This document shows, one piece after another, positions 50,041 through 63,613 of a DNA stretch of 64,000 nt (the first letter of the stretch is position 1; the number at the start of each line of letters is the position of its first letter). The position numbers and the translations under genes are program-made. The notes beneath the pieces are model-generated. The model was not told the origin of the DNA. It made no database searches and worked only from the letters and a program-made list of their open reading frames with translations. This DNA comes from Nitrospinota bacterium (GTDB lineage Bacteria > Nitrospinota > Nitrospinia > Nitrospinales > VA-1), in contig JAYNIA010000005.1 in the NCBI GenBank assembly GCA_038108555.1, positions 1 through 64,000 on the forward strand. The letters run 5' to 3'.

Positions 50041-50312
50041 GACGCTGTACCTTCCTCTACCGCTTTTTCAATAATTTCTAACATCCGCCAGCGCTTGGTT
50101 TTACTCAGAGGACGCGTCTCCCGGATACTGATGAAATCTCCCGGCTTGCACTCGTTGTTTTCATCATGCGCACTGTATTTACGGCTGCTTTTCACCACCT
50201 TTTTGAACTTGGGGTGCATGTACTTTCGTTCTACCTTCACGACCACCGTCTTGTCCATTTTGTTACTTACAACGTGGCCTTGCAGGGTCTTTCTGTTTGT
50301 CGTCTTTTCCAA
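50037..50312 (-). CDS. rpsQ: 30S ribosomal protein S17
   Basis: [20 protein letters not shown]. Confidence 0.97.
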   Translation of the reverse strand: MEKTTNRKTLQGHVVSNKMDKTVVVKVERKYMHPKFKKVVKSSRKYSAHDENNECKPGDFISIRETRPLSKTKRWRMLEIIEKAVEEGTAS

Positions 50313-50362
50313 AAGTATTTCCTATTCCGTTTGGTTTTAAGTTTAATACCAATCCTTTTGCG

Positions 50363-50593
50363 CTATTTCTTTTCTTCTTTTTTTTCTTCTTCCGGCTTTG
50401 CTTCGTCCCCACCCGATTCCTTCTGGATGGTTTTAATTCTCGCAATATCCCGACGAAGACTTTTCAGACGGCTGGGATTTTCAATTTTTCCGGTCGCCAA
50501 CTGAAACCTCAGGTTGAAAATTTCCTGACCGAGGTCGACCACTTTCTCCTGCCGCTCTTTCTCCGAAAGATCTCTAATTTCTTGTGCTTTCAT
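50363..50593 (-). CDS. rpmC: 50S ribosomal protein L29
   Basis: FNLRFQLATG, RRDIARIKT. Confidence 0.96.
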   Translation of the reverse strand: MKAQEIRDLSEKERQEKVVDLGQEIFNLRFQLATGKIENPSRLKSLRRDIARIKTIQKESGGDEAKPEEEKKEEKK

Positions 50594-50611
50594 TTCCTAA
50601 TTACCGTCCAA

Positions 50612-51016
50612 TTATTTTGTAACGAACCGCGTTGCCACCGACAACTTATGGGCCGCAAGACGAAAAGCTTCCTTCGCTATCGGCTCAGGGACACCCTCCA
50701 TTTCATAAAGCATCCGCCCGGGCTTTACCACTGCAACCCAAAACTCCGGATTCCCCTTACCCTTACCCATTCGAGTTTCAAGCGGCTTTTTCGAAACCGG
50801 CTTGTCAGGAAAAATTCTCAACCAGATTTTTCCACCCCTCTTCACATGACGGGTCATGGCAATACGGGCTGCTTCAATCTGCCGGTTTGTAATGCGCCCA
50901 CACTCCATCGCCTGAAGGCCATACGTTCCAAAACTGATCGCTCCACCTCGGTAAGCGGTTCCACGCATCTTGCCTTTATGGCGCTTTCTATATTTAACTC
51001 TTTTAGGCATCAACAT
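50612..51016 (-). CDS. rplP: 50S ribosomal protein L16
   Basis: [18 protein letters not shown]. Confidence 0.98.
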   Translation of the reverse strand: MLMPKRVKYRKRHKGKMRGTAYRGGAISFGTYGLQAMECGRITNRQIEAARIAMTRHVKRGGKIWLRIFPDKPVSKKPLETRMGKGKGNPEFWVAVVKPGRMLYEMEGVPEPIAKEAFRLAAHKLSVATRFVTK

Positions 51017-51055
51017 GATGCGCTATCTCCCAAATAAAATTACTTTAAATTAAGC

Positions 51056-51748
51056 CTAGCCTTTGGCCTGCTCCTCAGCGGGTTTAGATCCGAATCCCTC
51101 CGGTTTTTCCATTTTCTTATCCGGGAGAATCTCTCCCTTATAAACCCAAACCTTCACCCCGATTATTCCGAAAGTGGTATTCGAAATTGCGGTTCCATAA
51201 TCAATATCCGCCCTGAGCGTATGCAGCGGAACGCGCCCCTCGCGATACCATTCACTTCGAGCAATTTCAGCCCCACCCAATCGCCCAGAAACTCGCACCT
51301 TGATTCCTTTTGCCCCAAACCGAAGCGCCGAAACAACACTCTTTTTCATGGCACGACGGAAGGAAACTCGTTTTTCCAACTGCAGAGCAATGTTTTGACC
51401 GATCAAAGTCGCATCCAATTCAGCCCGGCGAACTTCCTTGATATTCAGGTTGACCTGCTTACCAGACATTACCTTTTGCAATTCTTCCTTCAAGCGGTCA
51501 ACTTCAAGACCTTTCTTACCAATGATGATTCCCGGTCGCGCAGTATGAATGTTGATCCGCACCCGGTTGGCAGAGCGCTCGATTTCCACCCGTGAAATTC
51601 CCGCATGGGCCAGAGTTTTGAAAATATATTTCCTGAGATTGATGTCTTCAACCAACTGACCCGAATAATCTTTCCGTGCGTACCAATTGGAAATCCAGGT
51701 CTTGTTGAATCCTAATCGAAACCCATAGGGATGTACTTTTTGACCCAC
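51056..51748 (-). CDS. rpsC: 30S ribosomal protein S3
   Basis: [35 protein letters not shown]. Confidence 0.98.
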   Translation of the reverse strand: MGQKVHPYGFRLGFNKTWISNWYARKDYSGQLVEDINLRKYIFKTLAHAGISRVEIERSANRVRINIHTARPGIIIGKKGLEVDRLKEELQKVMSGKQVNLNIKEVRRAELDATLIGQNIALQLEKRVSFRRAMKKSVVSALRFGAKGIKVRVSGRLGGAEIARSEWYREGRVPLHTLRADIDYGTAISNTTFGIIGVKVWVYKGEILPDKKMEKPEGFGSKPAEEQAKG

Positions 51749-51758
51749 TTTTTTCTCC

Positions 51759-52100
51759 TTAAGATTCTTTCTCTTCCAGCACCAAGGTGATGTGGCTGGT
51801 CTTTTTCTGGATCATGGTAGAGGTACCTCGCGCCCTCGGCATATGGCGCTTCCAGGTGACACCCTCATCGACCCTGACATTTTTAATAAACAAATCTTCC
51901 ACATCAAGAACCTTATGGTTCTCTTCCGCATTGGCAATTGCAGATTTTAGTAATTTTTGAAATATATCCGCCGCCCTTTTTCGCGTGAACTGCAGAATAT
52001 TAATCGCATCATTCACGTTCTTTCCACGAATCAAATTGGCAATCAATCTCGCCTTTCGTGGCGCGGTGCGCGTATGCCTGAGCAGTGCTTTCACTTCCAT
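51759..52100 (-). CDS. rplV: 50S ribosomal protein L22
   Basis: PRKARL, SAIANA, PRARG, SHIT. Confidence 0.97.
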   Translation of the reverse strand: MEVKALLRHTRTAPRKARLIANLIRGKNVNDAINILQFTRKRAADIFQKLLKSAIANAEENHKVLDVEDLFIKNVRVDEGVTWKRHMPRARGTSTMIQKKTSHITLVLEEKES

Positions 52101-52116
52101 GATTCTTTAATCTCTC

Positions 52117-52398
52117 TTATTTAGTAACTGCCTTTTTCGTTTTACCCCCGTGCGACTTGAAAGTACGCGTTGGAGCAAACTCACCCAGCTTGTGACCCAC
52201 CATATTTTCCGTCACAAATACGGGGAAAAAATTTTTCCCGTTATGAACAGAAATGGTATGCCCGACAAAATCCGGGGTAATGGTGGAGCGACGCGACCAG
52301 GTTTTGAAAACCTTCTTTTCGTTCTTGCGATTCAACTCCTCGATCCTGTCCATCAGATGCGAATCAACAAACGGACCTTTTTTTAATGATCGTGCCAT
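52117..52398 (-). CDS. rpsS: 30S ribosomal protein S19
   Basis: [21 protein letters not shown]. Confidence 0.98.
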   Translation of the reverse strand: MARSLKKGPFVDSHLMDRIEELNRKNEKKVFKTWSRRSTITPDFVGHTISVHNGKNFFPVFVTENMVGHKLGEFAPTRTFKSHGGKTKKAVTK

Positions 52399-52423
52399 TC
52401 CTAACCCTCAAAAATTGACTAAA

Positions 52424-53254
52424 TTATTTTTTCTTTTTACGACTGAGAATAAACTTGTTAGATTGCTTATTCACTTTTCTCGTTTTCAATCCTTTTGCGC
52501 TTTGACCCCAGGGACTACAGGGGTGACGCCCTCCCGAGGACCGGCCTTCACCACCGCCCATCGGATGATCCACCGGGTTCATCGCTACTGCCCGCACACG
52601 GGGTCGGCGGCCCATCCAGCGAACACGCCCGGCCTTTCCGATCGATACGTTTTCATGATCCTGATTTCCAACCACACCGATGGTGGCGCGACAATTTTTA
52701 TGAATCAACCGAACCTCACCGGACCTCAGCTTCAGCGTGACATATTCCCCTTCTTTCGCCATCAACTGCACACCGTTTCCGGCACTGCGTGCGATCTGCG
52801 CACCTTTTCCCGGCCTCATCTCTATATTATGGACCAGAGTTCCCTCGGGAATATCCTTAAGCGGCAGACAATTACCATTCTTAATTTCCGCATTTTCGCC
52901 CGACATCAACACATCGCCGACATTTAATTTTGAAGGCGCAATGATGTACCGCTTCTCCCCATCCGCATAAACCAGAAGCGCAATCCGCGCGGAACGATTG
53001 GGGTCATACTCTATCCCAACAACCTTTGCCGCAATTCCATCTTTCCCACGCTTGAAATCAATAACGCGATACTTTTTACGGTGACCGCCGCCTCTACGTT
53101 TGCTGGTAACACGCCCATTATTGTTTCGCCCGCCGGATTTTGAAATGGAAACCAGCAAACTTTTTTCCGGAGCGGATTTTGTAACCTCATCGAACCCGGA
53201 AATGGTTTGAAAGCGAACCCCGGGAGATCTTGGCTTTAGTTTTCTTATTGGCAT
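52424..53254 (-). CDS. rplB: 50S ribosomal protein L2
   Basis: [21 protein letters not shown]. Confidence 0.98.
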   Translation of the reverse strand: MPIRKLKPRSPGVRFQTISGFDEVTKSAPEKSLLVSISKSGGRNNNGRVTSKRRGGGHRKKYRVIDFKRGKDGIAAKVVGIEYDPNRSARIALLVYADGEKRYIIAPSKLNVGDVLMSGENAEIKNGNCLPLKDIPEGTLVHNIEMRPGKGAQIARSAGNGVQLMAKEGEYVTLKLRSGEVRLIHKNCRATIGVVGNQDHENVSIGKAGRVRWMGRRPRVRAVAMNPVDHPMGGGEGRSSGGRHPCSPWGQSAKGLKTRKVNKQSNKFILSRKKKK

Positions 53255-53260
53255 TAACCC

Positions 53261-53548
53261 CTACACTCCCTCAAATATTTCAATTTTGTCCCCTTCTTTC
53301 AACTGAACCATTGCCTTTTTCCAGGCCTTAGACTGCCCCATGGTCCGGCCAAACCGTCGGCGCTTGCCACGAACAATCTGAGTATTCACTTTTAAAACAG
53401 AGACATTGAAAATTTTTTGAATCGCATCACGAATCTGAATTTTATTCGCATCCATATTGACATCGAAGGTCACCCAGTTTCCCTCCGCCAACATGGTGGT
53501 TCCCTTTTCGGTAACCAGAGGCTTGTTTACCACTCGATACAAATCCAT
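53261..53548 (-). CDS. rplW: 50S ribosomal protein L23
   Basis: PLVTEK, WKKAMV; ATG at 53548 overlaps the rplD stop. Confidence 0.96.
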   Translation of the reverse strand: MDLYRVVNKPLVTEKGTTMLAEGNWVTFDVNMDANKIQIRDAIQKIFNVSVLKVNTQIVRGKRRRFGRTMGQSKAWKKAMVQLKEGDKIEIFEGV

Positions 53549-54174
53549 CAGTTCAGCCTCTCCTCTATTTTTTGAAGCGCATCTTTCGTACAAACAATTT
53601 TTTCATGCTTCAACAAATCAAAAACATTCAGACCGTCCACCAGCAACACATTGGTGTAAGGCAGATTACGCACTGCCAACTGAAAGTTCTGATTTTTCTC
53701 GGAAATAATGAATAACGTTTTATCAGGAAGACTCAACTTCTTAAGGATCGCCGCAGCATCCCTGGTTTTTGGATTCTCAAGTGTAATAGAGTCGACCACT
53801 GAGATATTTTGATTTTTAAATCTTTCGCTAAGAACCGATTTAATCGCCTGCTTTTTGGATTTTTTGGATAGAGAGAAAGCGTAGCTTCTGGGGCTGGGAC
53901 CAAACACCGTCATACCCCCACGCCAGACCGGAGATCGGGTATTACCTGAACGAGCACGCCCCGTACCCTTCTGCCTCCAGGGTTTCGCGTTACTTCCATG
54001 CAGGTCGCCCTTGTTTTGCTTGGTGGCCGCATTGCCTCCGCGTCGAGCTGCCAATTGCATGGTCACATAGCGCTGCACCAATTCCTCACGCACCTTGGTC
54101 TCGAACACATCCGAAGAAGCCTCGACGGTTCCGACTTTTTTATTTTCTGTATCTATTACATCTAACTCAGGCAT
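53548..54174 (-). CDS. rplD: 50S ribosomal protein L4
   Basis: KPWRQKGTGRAR, SPVWRGG..FGP. Confidence 0.97.
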   Translation of the reverse strand: MPELDVIDTENKKVGTVEASSDVFETKVREELVQRYVTMQLAARRGGNAATKQNKGDLHGSNAKPWRQKGTGRARSGNTRSPVWRGGMTVFGPSPRSYAFSLSKKSKKQAIKSVLSERFKNQNISVVDSITLENPKTRDAAAILKKLSLPDKTLFIISEKNQNFQLAVRNLPYTNVLLVDGLNVFDLLKHEKIVCTKDALQKIEERLN

Positions 54175-54190
54175 GAGAAATCTTTATCCC

Positions 54191-54811
54191 TTATGATTTA
54201 AAAATACTTAACAATCCGCCATTAGCACCCGGAACAGAACCCTTGAGCAGAAGCACGTTGTTTTCAACGTCCACCCGCACGACCTGAAGATTTTTCAGGT
54301 GCTTTGTCTTTCCACCCATTCTTCCCGGCATACCCATTCCTTTTAGAACCCGGCCCGGATAAGTGTGCATTCCGATCGATCCAGTGCCGCGATAGCTTTC
54401 ATGATGCCCATGGGAAGCAGGCGCGCCTCCGTAGTTGTACCGCTTGAAAACACCGGCAAATCCACGGCCCTTGGTCACACCCACCACTTCGACTTCATCG
54501 CCTTCGCTGAAAATATCAACTTTGATGGGCTTTCCAATGGCGTCATCATCGACATCCTGATCCCTGAACTCCTTGAGAACTTTTGCAGGCTCGATTTTGT
54601 GCTTGTCGTAAAAACCCTTTAAAGGCTTGTTAGTGTGCTTTTCTTTTCGGGTGCCATAAGCCAGCATGACTGCATTATAACCATCCTTCTCAACGGTCCG
54701 CTTTAACACCGGAACACACCGTTCCACCTGCACCACTGTAACCGGCACACAATCCCCCTTGTCATTAAAGACCTGGGTCATTCCTACTTTTTTTCCCAAT
54801 AACGCGCTCAT
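54191..54811 (-). CDS. rplC: 50S ribosomal protein L3
   Basis: GKKVGMTQ, KGRGFAG, KGSVPG. Confidence 0.97.
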   Translation of the reverse strand: MSALLGKKVGMTQVFNDKGDCVPVTVVQVERCVPVLKRTVEKDGYNAVMLAYGTRKEKHTNKPLKGFYDKHKIEPAKVLKEFRDQDVDDDAIGKPIKVDIFSEGDEVEVVGVTKGRGFAGVFKRYNYGGAPASHGHHESYRGTGSIGMHTYPGRVLKGMGMPGRMGGKTKHLKNLQVVRVDVENNVLLLKGSVPGANGGLLSIFKS

Positions 54812-54823
54812 TGATTTTCCAAT

Positions 54824-55132
54824 TTAAAGCTTGATCTCGATATCCACACCGCCCGACAGATCCAGTTTCATCAATGCATCTACGGTCTGCGGTGTAGGCT
54901 CAAGAATTTCCATGATCCGCTTGTGAGTTCGAATCTCGAACTGTTCGCGAGATTTTTTATCCACATGCGGCGACCTTAATACTGTCCACCGATTCCTTAC
55001 AGTTGGCAGTGGAACCGGGCCCACAACCTTTGCTCCCGTACGCCGGGTGGTTTCAACAATTTCCGCCACCGACCAGTCCAGCAGCTTATGGTCATAAGCC
55101 TTGAGTTTGATACGTATTTTTTGGTCGTTCAT
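54824..55132 (-). CDS. rpsJ: 30S ribosomal protein S10
   Basis: [24 protein letters not shown]. Confidence 0.98.
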   Translation of the reverse strand: MNDQKIRIKLKAYDHKLLDWSVAEIVETTRRTGAKVVGPVPLPTVRNRWTVLRSPHVDKKSREQFEIRTHKRIMEILEPTPQTVDALMKLDLSGGVDIEIKL

Positions 55133-56322
55133 TATTCTATGATCTCGTTAACCACTCCGGCGCCAACAGTACGGCCACCTTCACGAATTGCAAAACGAAG
55201 CTCTTTAGCCATAGCAACCGGCGTAATAAGAGTGATTTCCATTGAAACATTATCTCCCGGCATAACCATTTCAACTCCAGAAGGTAATGTTGCAACACCG
55301 GTAACGTCGGTGGTTCTGAAGTAGAACTGCGGACGATATCCATTAAAGAACGGAGTATGCCGACCCCCCTCTTCCTTCGTCAAAATATAAACCTCCGCCT
55401 TAAACTTTGTATGCGGTGTAATCGATCCCGGCTTGGCAAGAACCTGACCACGCTCGATTTCCTCACGCTTGGTTCCACGAAGCAGAACACCCACGTTCTC
55501 ACCCGCGCGACCTTCATCAAGAAGCTTGCGGAACATTTCAACACCCGTCGCGGTAGTTTTTGTGGTTTCGCGGAATCCTACGATTTCAATTTCTTCACCG
55601 ACTTTAATAACGCCGGTTTCAACACGACCGGTTGCAACCGTTCCACGACCTGAAATACTGAAGATATCTTCAATAGGCATCAGGAACGGTTTATCCACAG
55701 GACGATCAGGAAGCGGGAAGTAGGTATCCAAAGCTTCCATCAACTCCCAGATACATTTGGTTTTTTCTTCGTCTTCCGGATTCTCCAAAGCCTGCAAAGC
55801 ACTACCGCGAATAACCGGAACATCATCCCCTGGGAATTCGTATTTACTCAGCAACTCACGAACTTCCAGCTCAACCAGATCAAGCAGCTCAGGATCATCA
55901 ACCATGTCACACTTGTTCATGAATACAACGATCTTGGGAACACCCACCTGACGCGCCAGCAAGATATGCTCGCGGGTTTGCGGCATTGGACCGTCATTTG
56001 CCGAGATAACCAGAACCGCACCATCCATTTGCGCCGCACCGGTGATCATGTTTTTTACATAGTCGGCATGGCCCGGGCAATCCACATGGGCGTAATGGCG
56101 ATTCTCAGTATTATATTCAACGTGAGCAATAGCGATGGTAATACCACGTTCTTTTTCCTCAGGCGCTTTATCAATTTGGTCGAAGGCGATGGTTTCTGCA
56201 TATCCCTTTTTCGACAAAACCTCAGTGATCGCAGCGGTGAGGGTGGTTTTACCATGGTCAACGTGACCCACTGTCCCAACGTTCAAATGCGGTTTATCAC
56301 GAACAAATTTTTCTTTAGCCAT
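55132..56322 (-). CDS. tuf: Elongation factor Tu
   Basis: [36 protein letters not shown]. Confidence 0.99.
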   Translation of the reverse strand: MAKEKFVRDKPHLNVGTVGHVDHGKTTLTAAITEVLSKKGYAETIAFDQIDKAPEEKERGITIAIAHVEYNTENRHYAHVDCPGHADYVKNMITGAAQMDGAVLVISANDGPMPQTREHILLARQVGVPKIVVFMNKCDMVDDPELLDLVELEVRELLSKYEFPGDDVPVIRGSALQALENPEDEEKTKCIWELMEALDTYFPLPDRPVDKPFLMPIEDIFSISGRGTVATGRVETGVIKVGEEIEIVGFRETTKTTATGVEMFRKLLDEGRAGENVGVLLRGTKREEIERGQVLAKPGSITPHTKFKAEVYILTKEEGGRHTPFFNGYRPQFYFRTTDVTGVATLPSGVEMVMPGDNVSMEITLITPVAMAKELRFAIREGGRTVGAGVVNEIIE

Positions 56323-56354
56323 TCTTATTTACTCCAATATATATGTATGATTTA

Positions 56355-58457
56355 TTAAACTGCTAGTTTCTCACTGGTACCGGTGGATTTTGCAATCAAT
56401 TCCTCGGCCAAGGCTGCCGGAACAGAATCATATTTAGCAAACTCCATGGAATAACTGGCCCGCCCCTGAGTCGCGGATCGAAGATCCGTGGAATACCCAA
56501 ACATTCCCGACAAAGGAACTTCCGCCCTTACAACCTTTGCGCCAGCCCGATCTGAAAGGTCTTTGATCTTGCCGCGCTTGGAATTGAGCCGGCCTATAAC
56601 ATCACCCATAAACTCTTCAGGGGTGACCACTTCCACATCCATTACCGGCTCCAGCAACTGCGGCGCTCCCTTTTTACAAGCTTCCTGAAACGCTATCGAC
56701 GCACAAATTTTAAACGCCATTTCGGAAGAATCCACATCATGAAAAGACCCGTCCAACAGCGTTACCGAAATATCTACTGCGGGATAGCCACAAAGTATCC
56801 CTCTTGCCATCGACTCCACAACGCCCTTTTGAACAGCCGGAATATATTCTTTGGGGATGGCACCACCCACGATTTTATTAACGAACTCGAATCCCGTCCC
56901 TGCTTCCCTCGGTTCGATTTTTATAACGACATGACCATACTGACCTCGACCACCCGTCTGCTTGACGTATTTATATTCATGCTCAACCTGTTTAGTGATG
57001 GTCTCTTTATAAGCAACCTGCGGCTTAGAAACATCCACATCGAGCGAGAACTCCCGACGCATACGATCCACCAGCACTTCCAAATGCAACTCACCCATTC
57101 CCGAAATTACTGTTTGGTTGGTATCGGGATCCACACGCACCTGGAAGGTGGGGTCTTCCTGCAACAGCTTGACCAGACAATCTGAAAGTTTCTCCTGCTC
57201 TGCTTTCGTTTTTGGCTCGATCGCCACAGAAATAACCGGTTCGGGAAATTGAATCGCTTCCAAAATAATCGGATGGTCCTTATCGCAAAGCGTGTCTCCG
57301 GTGTAGGACTTTTTCAATCCAATCACCGCTGCGATATCCCCCGCCTTTACCGAATCAACCTCTTCCCGTTTATTGGCGTGCATTCTCAGGATACGGCCCA
57401 CACGTTCCTTTTCATTTTTTGTTGAGTTGTAGACATAAGAACCACTGGTCAACTCTCCAGAATAAACACGCACAAACGCCAACTGACCCACAAAAGGATC
57501 GGTCATAATTTTGAAAGCCAGGGCCGAGAAATGATCACCCACTTCCAGCTTGCGACTTTCTTCTGCTTGCGTGTTGGGATTTGTACCCGTAATGGTTTTG
57601 AGTTCCTGAGGAGAGGGGAGGTAGGCTACTACAGAATCGAGCAATTGCTGCACACCCTTATTTTTAAATGCCGCACCACATAAAATAGGAGTAAATTTGG
57701 ATTCCAGGGTTCCCACTCTCAATGCGGCATTGATTTCCTCCACCGAGACCTCTTCGCCACCGAGGAATTTTTCCATAATGGCATCATCCACATCGGAGAT
57801 GGATTCAATGAGTTTCTCGCGATACTCTTCCGCTTGATCTTTATACTCATCGGGGATGTCTTCAACATCAAAGGTCTCACCTTTATTCTTTGCATCCGAA
57901 TACACGTTGGCTTTCATATTGATAAGATCAATCACGCCAACGAAATCCGCCTCAACCCCCAAAGGAAGTTGAATAGGCACCGGATGCGCATTCAACTTTT
58001 CTTTCATTTGCTCAACACAACCGAGGAAATTAGCCCCGGCCCGATCCATTTTATTCACAAAACAGATACGCGGAACATTGTATTTACTGGCCTGACGCCA
58101 AACCGTTTCAGACTGAGGCTCAACACCACTGACCGCATCGAAAACGCCAACAGCACCATCCAAAACACGCAAGGACCGCTCCACTTCAGCAGTGAAATCC
58201 ACATGCCCCGGGGTATCAATAATATTGATTTTATGCCCCAACCAGGAACAAGTCGTTGCCGCCGATGTAATGGTAATACCCCTTTCCTGCTCCTGCTCCA
58301 TCCAGTCCATAGTGGCATTACCGTCATGCACCTCACCTATCTTATGGCTCTTTCCGGTGTAGTACAGGACTCTTTCAGTCGTCGTGGTTTTACCCGCATC
58401 AATATGCGCAATGATTCCAATATTGCGGGTCTTTTCAAGATCGATTTTTTTATTCAC
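56355..58457 (-). CDS. fusA: Elongation factor G
   Basis: [29 protein letters not shown]. Confidence 0.99.
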   Translation of the reverse strand: MNKKIDLEKTRNIGIIAHIDAGKTTTTERVLYYTGKSHKIGEVHDGNATMDWMEQEQERGITITSAATTCSWLGHKINIIDTPGHVDFTAEVERSLRVLDGAVGVFDAVSGVEPQSETVWRQASKYNVPRICFVNKMDRAGANFLGCVEQMKEKLNAHPVPIQLPLGVEADFVGVIDLINMKANVYSDAKNKGETFDVEDIPDEYKDQAEEYREKLIESISDVDDAIMEKFLGGEEVSVEEINAALRVGTLESKFTPILCGAAFKNKGVQQLLDSVVAYLPSPQELKTITGTNPNTQAEESRKLEVGDHFSALAFKIMTDPFVGQLAFVRVYSGELTSGSYVYNSTKNEKERVGRILRMHANKREEVDSVKAGDIAAVIGLKKSYTGDTLCDKDHPIILEAIQFPEPVISVAIEPKTKAEQEKLSDCLVKLLQEDPTFQVRVDPDTNQTVISGMGELHLEVLVDRMRREFSLDVDVSKPQVAYKETITKQVEHEYKYVKQTGGRGQYGHVVIKIEPREAGTGFEFVNKIVGGAIPKEYIPAVQKGVVESMARGILCGYPAVDISVTLLDGSFHDVDSSEMAFKICASIAFQEACKKGAPQLLEPVMDVEVVTPEEFMGDVIGRLNSKRGKIKDLSDRAGAKVVRAEVPLSGMFGYSTDLRSATQGRASYSMEFAKYDSVPAALAEELIAKSTGTSEKLAV

Positions 58458-58477
58458 TTTTGTTCTTTAAGCTCCTA

Positions 58478-58948
58478 TTACCAACGGTAGTGGGCAAATG
58501 CTTTATTGGCTTCCGCCATTCGATGAACTTCTTCTTTTTTCTTAATCGCTCCGCCTGAATTATTAAAGGCGTCCATAATTTCTCCGGTCAACTTATCCGC
58601 CATGGTTTTTCCTGATCGCTGCCTGGCATTTTGAATCACCCAGCGAATACTGAGAGCCATCCGGCGATTTTCCCTCACTTCAACAGGCACCTGATAAGTT
58701 GCGCCCCCAACGCGACGGGACCGAACCTCCAGTAGCGGGGCAGCGTTTTCAATCGCCTTGCGAAAAACGCGCAATGGCTCTTCTTTCCCCTTCGCTTCAA
58801 TATTTTCCAGGGCTTTATAGAAAATGGTTTCCGCCAAACCCTTTTTCCCCTTATTCAAAATACAATTGATAAACCGGGCCACCAGCAAATCATTGAATTT
58901 TGGATCTGGAGTGATCTTCCTTTTTTGCGCTTCTCGTCTTCGTGCCAT
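58478..58948 (-). CDS. rpsG: 30S ribosomal protein S7
   Basis: [24 protein letters not shown]. Confidence 0.98.
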   Translation of the reverse strand: MARRREAQKRKITPDPKFNDLLVARFINCILNKGKKGLAETIFYKALENIEAKGKEEPLRVFRKAIENAAPLLEVRSRRVGGATYQVPVEVRENRRMALSIRWVIQNARQRSGKTMADKLTGEIMDAFNNSGGAIKKKEEVHRMAEANKAFAHYRW

Positions 58949-58962
58949 AGTTAGTTATCTAT

Positions 58963-59337
58963 TTATTTTTTTGGCTTTTTTGCGCCATATTTTGATCGAC
59001 TCTGCATTCGCCCCTCAACTCCCAGCGTATCAAGACTTCCTCGGACCACGTGATACCTTACCCCCGGCAAGTCCTTAACTCGACCCCCACGGATCATTAC
59101 AATGGAGTGCTCCTGCAGATTATGCCCAACACCCGGGATGTAGGTCGTAACCTCCATTCCATTGGTCAGACGCACACGCGCCACCTTTCGGAGCGCCGAA
59201 TTCGGTTTTTTTGGCGTCGAGGTATAAACCCTGACGCAAACTCCTCGCTTTTGAGGACAAGCTTTTAGAGCCGGACTATCGGTTTTCTTAACCGGCTTGG
59301 TCCTTCCGGCTTTCACTAATTGATTAATTGTTGGCAA
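58963..59337 (-). CDS. rpsL: 30S ribosomal protein S12
   Basis: [30 protein letters not shown] start. Confidence 0.99.
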   Translation of the reverse strand: MPTINQLVKAGRTKPVKKTDSPALKACPQKRGVCVRVYTSTPKKPNSALRKVARVRLTNGMEVTTYIPGVGHNLQEHSIVMIRGGRVKDLPGVRYHVVRGSLDTLGVEGRMQSRSKYGAKKPKK

Positions 59338-59478
59338 AAAATCATCCCCCCAAATTAAAAAACACGCATGGGCATCAAAAAAACTGAGCTTACCCCATCA
59401 AATAAAACTGAACGTACCCAATGAAGTCAATAAAAACAAAGGGTTAAATCAGGTAAAATATGGCGTGAAAAAGGTGTA

Positions 59479-59506
59479 ATTGTACCATTGAATATCCGGG
59501 AGTCAA
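59479..59506 (-). promoter_or_regulatory. sigma70 promoter of the str-S10-spc-alpha superoperon
   Basis: TTGACT-16 nt-TACAAT with TGn extended -10, minus strand, between rpoC and rpsL. Confidence 0.6.
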
Positions 59507-59524
59507 GTTAAAAAAAAGGGGGAA

Positions 59525-62500
59525 TTATTCTGCCGCTACAGGCGTTTCCTCTTCCTCTTTTTCAACTGTATTTTCCATTTCCGGTTCTTCAATGCGAATT
59601 CCGCTGTATGCCCGACACCCGGTTCCAGCCGGGATCAATCGGCCCATTGTCACATTTTCTTTTAAACCCACTAAATTATCGCGTTTTCCACTGACACTCA
59701 CTTCCGTCAATACGCGGGTCGTCTCCTGAAATGATGCTGCGGAGATGAAACTTTCGGTGCTCAACGAGGACTTTGTAATTCCCAGGAGCACCGGAGCACC
59801 TTTAGCGGGTTTTTTCTTATTTTTTATTGCCTCCTGATTTGCTGCATTAAATACTTTTTTGGTGACTTGCTCACCGATCAAGAATTCAGTATCTCCTGAA
59901 TCTTCAATGATCAAGTGGCGGAGCATTTGACGAACGATAACCTCAATATGTTTATCGTTAATCGCAACACCCTGAAGTCGGTAAACCTCTTGTACTTCAT
60001 TAACAAGGTATTTACGCAACTCGTCTTCACCCAGAACACGAAGGATGTCATGCGGGTTTGAAGCACCATCCATCAGGGCTTCACCAGCCACGACCTCATC
60101 ACCTTCATGCACATTAATATGTTTTCCACGTGGGATCAGATATTCGCATTCGTCACCCGATTCACTTTCAACAATTACTTTTCGCATTCCCTTCACAAAA
60201 CCACCGAACTTAACTTTACCGGTGATCTCGGTGATGGTTGCCTGCTCATGGGGTTTCCTTGCCTCAAAAAGTTCTGCAACCCGGGGCAGACCCCCTGTGA
60301 TGTCTTTTGTCTTCGCAGACTCACGAGGAATTTTTACAATCAAGTCACCGGCGTTTACATGATCGCCTTCATTAACATTGATGTTTGCTCCCGCAGGCAG
60401 GATATACCGTCGAACGGTTTCACCGCTAGCATCTTTCAGTGAAATTCTTGGTTGTTTCTTTTCATCGCGATGACTGATGATAACCTTGGTGGAAAGACCG
60501 GTGATCTCATCAAAGTCTTCCTTCATGGTCACACCTTCAACGATATCTCCAAATGCAATCGTCCCTTCAACCTCGGTCAATATCGCATTGGTATATGGAT
60601 CCCATTCGATCAGCGTTTGCCCTTCCTGCACTTCCTGACCATCATTGACTTTAAGTTTCGCTGCATACACTACCGCGAATCTTTCTTTTTCCCTTCCAGT
60701 CTCATCTTGAATCACAAGACTTCCATTTCGATTCATTACGATGATTTCGCCCTGTTGATTTTTGAGAGTGCGGAGACCCATATATTTGACAACCCCTCCA
60801 CGCTTGGTATTCAGCGTTGTCTGCTCCACCACCCGGCTTGCGGTTCCACCAATATGGAAGGTACGCATCGTCAACTGAGTGCCCGGCTCGCCGATGGATT
60901 GCGCCGCGATAACACCTACAGGCTCACCCACCTCAACCCATTTCAAAGTTGCCATGTTGCGACCGTAACACTTGACACAGACCCCCTGCTTAGATTCACA
61001 AGTTAAACAGGAGCGGATTTTTACTTTTTCAATACCGGCATTTTCAATCGCAATTACCGTATCTTCTTCAATGAGACTATCCGCTTCCGCCAGAATATTT
61101 CCTGTAAAGGGATCGACCACATCTTCGAGAACCGTTCGCCCTAAAATCCTTTCGCCCAAAGGCTGGATTATTTCGCCGGCTTCAATCAAAGCAATGGCAT
61201 CAATGCCTTTCAACGTTCCACAGTCGTCCTCCTGAACGATCATGTCCTGAGCAACATCCACCAGACGACGCGTCAGGTAACCGGAGTTTGCAGTTTTAAG
61301 CGCGGTATCCGCCAGACCTTTTCGCGCACCATGAGTAGAAATGAAATATTGAATAACTGAAAGACCTTCACGGAAATTTGCGGTGATAGGTGTTTCAATA
61401 ATTTCACCCGAAGGTTTGGCCATCAGCCCCCTCATTCCCGCCAACTGCCTTAGCTGCTGCGCACTTCCCCTTGCACCGGAGTCAGCCATAATAAAAATGG
61501 AATTAAAATCTTTATCCGTTTTACCATTGACCGTATCCTCATCTTCACTTTCCAGTTCCTTAAACATTTCTTCGGAAACCTTTTCAGTGACGTGCGCCCA
61601 AATATCGATAACCTTGTTGTAACGCTCACCATTGGTGATCAAACCATCGCGATACTGCTTATGAACCCGAAGCACTTCATCGTTGGTTTTATCCACCAAT
61701 TTGACTTTGGTTTTCGGTATCCGCATCTGATCAATCGAAATGGTGAGGCCCGCTTCGGTTGCATATTTAAATCCGAGCCGCTTGACATCATCCAGCAGGG
61801 TCACTGTTTTTTCCCTACCCACCACCAGGAAGGATTGGAAAATAAGATCAGAAAGCGATTTCTTATCCATCAATCGGTTGACCAGTTCAAAGGGCAATCC
61901 TTTTGGAAGGATCTCACCCAAAAGAACTCGACCAGTGGTCGTTTGCGTAAGCACATTATCGATTCGCACCATAATCATCGCCTGAAGATCAAGCTCATCA
62001 TGGTCATAGGCGGCAATCACTTCTTTCTGGTCGGCAAAAACTTTCCCGCTTCCTTTCACGCCACCACGAATTTTTGTCATGTAGTAACAACCCAAAACGA
62101 TGTCCTGAGTCGGAACAGCAATAGGTCGACCATTCGCAGGAGACAGGACGTTGTTGGAGGACATCATCAACAACTTACATTCCGTTCTAGCCTCCATGGA
62201 AAGAGGAACGTGGACCGCCATCTGATCACCATCAAAGTCCGCATTAAATGCGGTACAAACCATCGGGTGAACCTGAATTGCCTTCCCTTCGATCAACAGC
62301 GGTTCAAAGGCCTGGATTCCCAATCGATGCAAAGTGGGCGCGCGGTTTAAAAGTACTGGGTGGTTTTTTACTACTTCTTCAAGAACTTCCCAAACTTCAG
62401 AGCGTTCCTGCTCAACCATTTTCTTGGCTGTTTTTATTGTGGTTGCATAACCTTTTTCTTCCAGTCGATTGAACACGAATGGCTTGAAAAGCTCCAACGC

Positions 62501-63613
62501 CATTTTCTTGGGAAGACCACATTGATGAAACTTCAAATGGGGACCTACTACGATGACCGAGCGACCGGAGTAATCGACCCGTTTCCCTAAAAGGTTCTGC
62601 CGGAACCGACCCTGCTTTCCTTTAAGCATATCGCTCAGAGATTTTAGGGGACGCTTGTTGGTTCCGCGGAGAGTGCGGCCTCGTCGACCGTTATCGAACA
62701 ATGCCGAAACGGCTTCCTGCAACATTCTTTTTTCGTTGCGAATGATAATCTGTGGCGCCTTTAATTCCTGCAAACGCTTGAGCCTGTTATTCCTGTTAAT
62801 GACCCTTCTATAGAGATCATTCAAGTCGGAAGTAGCAAATCGTCCGCCATCCAACGGAACCAGGGGACGCAACTCCGGTGGAATGACCGGAATGACCTGC
62901 AGGATCATCCATTCAGGCTTATTGCCTGATTTTCTGAAAGCCTCAATGATCTTCAACCGTTTGGCAATTTTTCTTTTATTCATTACCGACTTGGTGGTGG
63001 TCATTTCTTCTTTCAACTGCAAAGACACATCATCCAAGTTCATGGGCCTGAGAAGTTCCGCCACACCTTCCGCACCAATCATTGCACGGAAAGTATCGGG
63101 GAATTCCATTTCCATCTCACGGTATTCCTCTTCGGTCAAAATCTGACCCACTTCCATGTCTGAATCACCAGGATCGGTGACCACATAATTTTCAAAATAG
63201 ATAATTCGTTCCAGGTCTTTGAGAGGAATATCCAGCAAATGCCCGAGCCGGCTTGGAAGACCTTTGAAGTACCAGATATGAGCAACAGGTGTTGCCAGCT
63301 CAATGTGAGCCAGTCGTTCGCGTCTAACCTTGGAAAGAGTAACCTCAACTCCGCATTTTTCACAGATCACACCCTTGTGCTTCATACGTTTGTATTTACC
63401 GCAGGTGCACTCCCAGTCTTTAACTGGACCAAAAATTTTCGCACAGAACAATCCATCCCGTTCCGGCTTGAACGTCCGGTAATTAATGGTTTCGGGTTTT
63501 TTGACTTCTCCATAAGACCATGAACGGATTTTTTCTGGAGAAGCAATTCGAACCCGGATTGCATCAAATAAAATAGGATTTTTTGGCTTATCGAAATTTG
63601 TCAGGCTATCCAC
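59525..63613 (-). CDS. rpoC: RNA polymerase beta' subunit
   Basis: [12 protein letters not shown], zinc-binding Cys clusters, [13 protein letters not shown]. Confidence 0.99.
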   Translation of the reverse strand: MDSLTNFDKPKNPILFDAIRVRIASPEKIRSWSYGEVKKPETINYRTFKPERDGLFCAKIFGPVKDWECTCGKYKRMKHKGVICEKCGVEVTLSKVRRERLAHIELATPVAHIWYFKGLPSRLGHLLDIPLKDLERIIYFENYVVTDPGDSDMEVGQILTEEEYREMEMEFPDTFRAMIGAEGVAELLRPMNLDDVSLQLKEEMTTTKSVMNKRKIAKRLKIIEAFRKSGNKPEWMILQVIPVIPPELRPLVPLDGGRFATSDLNDLYRRVINRNNRLKRLQELKAPQIIIRNEKRMLQEAVSALFDNGRRGRTLRGTNKRPLKSLSDMLKGKQGRFRQNLLGKRVDYSGRSVIVVGPHLKFHQCGLPKKMALELFKPFVFNRLEEKGYATTIKTAKKMVEQERSEVWEVLEEVVKNHPVLLNRAPTLHRLGIQAFEPLLIEGKAIQVHPMVCTAFNADFDGDQMAVHVPLSMEARTECKLLMMSSNNVLSPANGRPIAVPTQDIVLGCYYMTKIRGGVKGSGKVFADQKEVIAAYDHDELDLQAMIMVRIDNVLTQTTTGRVLLGEILPKGLPFELVNRLMDKKSLSDLIFQSFLVVGREKTVTLLDDVKRLGFKYATEAGLTISIDQMRIPKTKVKLVDKTNDEVLRVHKQYRDGLITNGERYNKVIDIWAHVTEKVSEEMFKELESEDEDTVNGKTDKDFNSIFIMADSGARGSAQQLRQLAGMRGLMAKPSGEIIETPITANFREGLSVIQYFISTHGARKGLADTALKTANSGYLTRRLVDVAQDMIVQEDDCGTLKGIDAIALIEAGEIIQPLGERILGRTVLEDVVDPFTGNILAEADSLIEEDTVIAIENAGIEKVKIRSCLTCESKQGVCVKCYGRNMATLKWVEVGEPVGVIAAQSIGEPGTQLTMRTFHIGGTASRVVEQTTLNTKRGGVVKYMGLRTLKNQQGEIIVMNRNGSLVIQDETGREKERFAVVYAAKLKVNDGQEVQEGQTLIEWDPYTNAILTEVEGTIAFGDIVEGVTMKEDFDEITGLSTKVIISHRDEKKQPRISLKDASGETVRRYILPAGANINVNEGDHVNAGDLIVKIPRESAKTKDITGGLPRVAELFEARKPHEQATITEITGKVKFGGFVKGMRKVIVESESGDECEYLIPRGKHINVHEGDEVVAGEALMDGASNPHDILRVLGEDELRKYLVNEVQEVYRLQGVAINDKHIEVIVRQMLRHLIIEDSGDTEFLIGEQVTKKVFNAANQEAIKNKKKPAKGAPVLLGITKSSLSTESFISAASFQETTRVLTEVSVSGKRDNLVGLKENVTMGRLIPAGTGCRAYSGIRIEEPEMENTVEKEEEETPVAAE

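Noticed and set aside
35317..63567. Many 60-250 aa ORFs antisense to or overlapping core genes (e.g. 50297..51037, 52253..52927, 57834..58490, 61592..62350)
   Set aside because: Shadow ORFs of conserved genes with no motifs of their own.
55132..63613. Inteins, introns or large insertions in rpoC, fusA or tuf
   Set aside because: Lengths (1362, 700, 396 aa) and motifs are ordinary.
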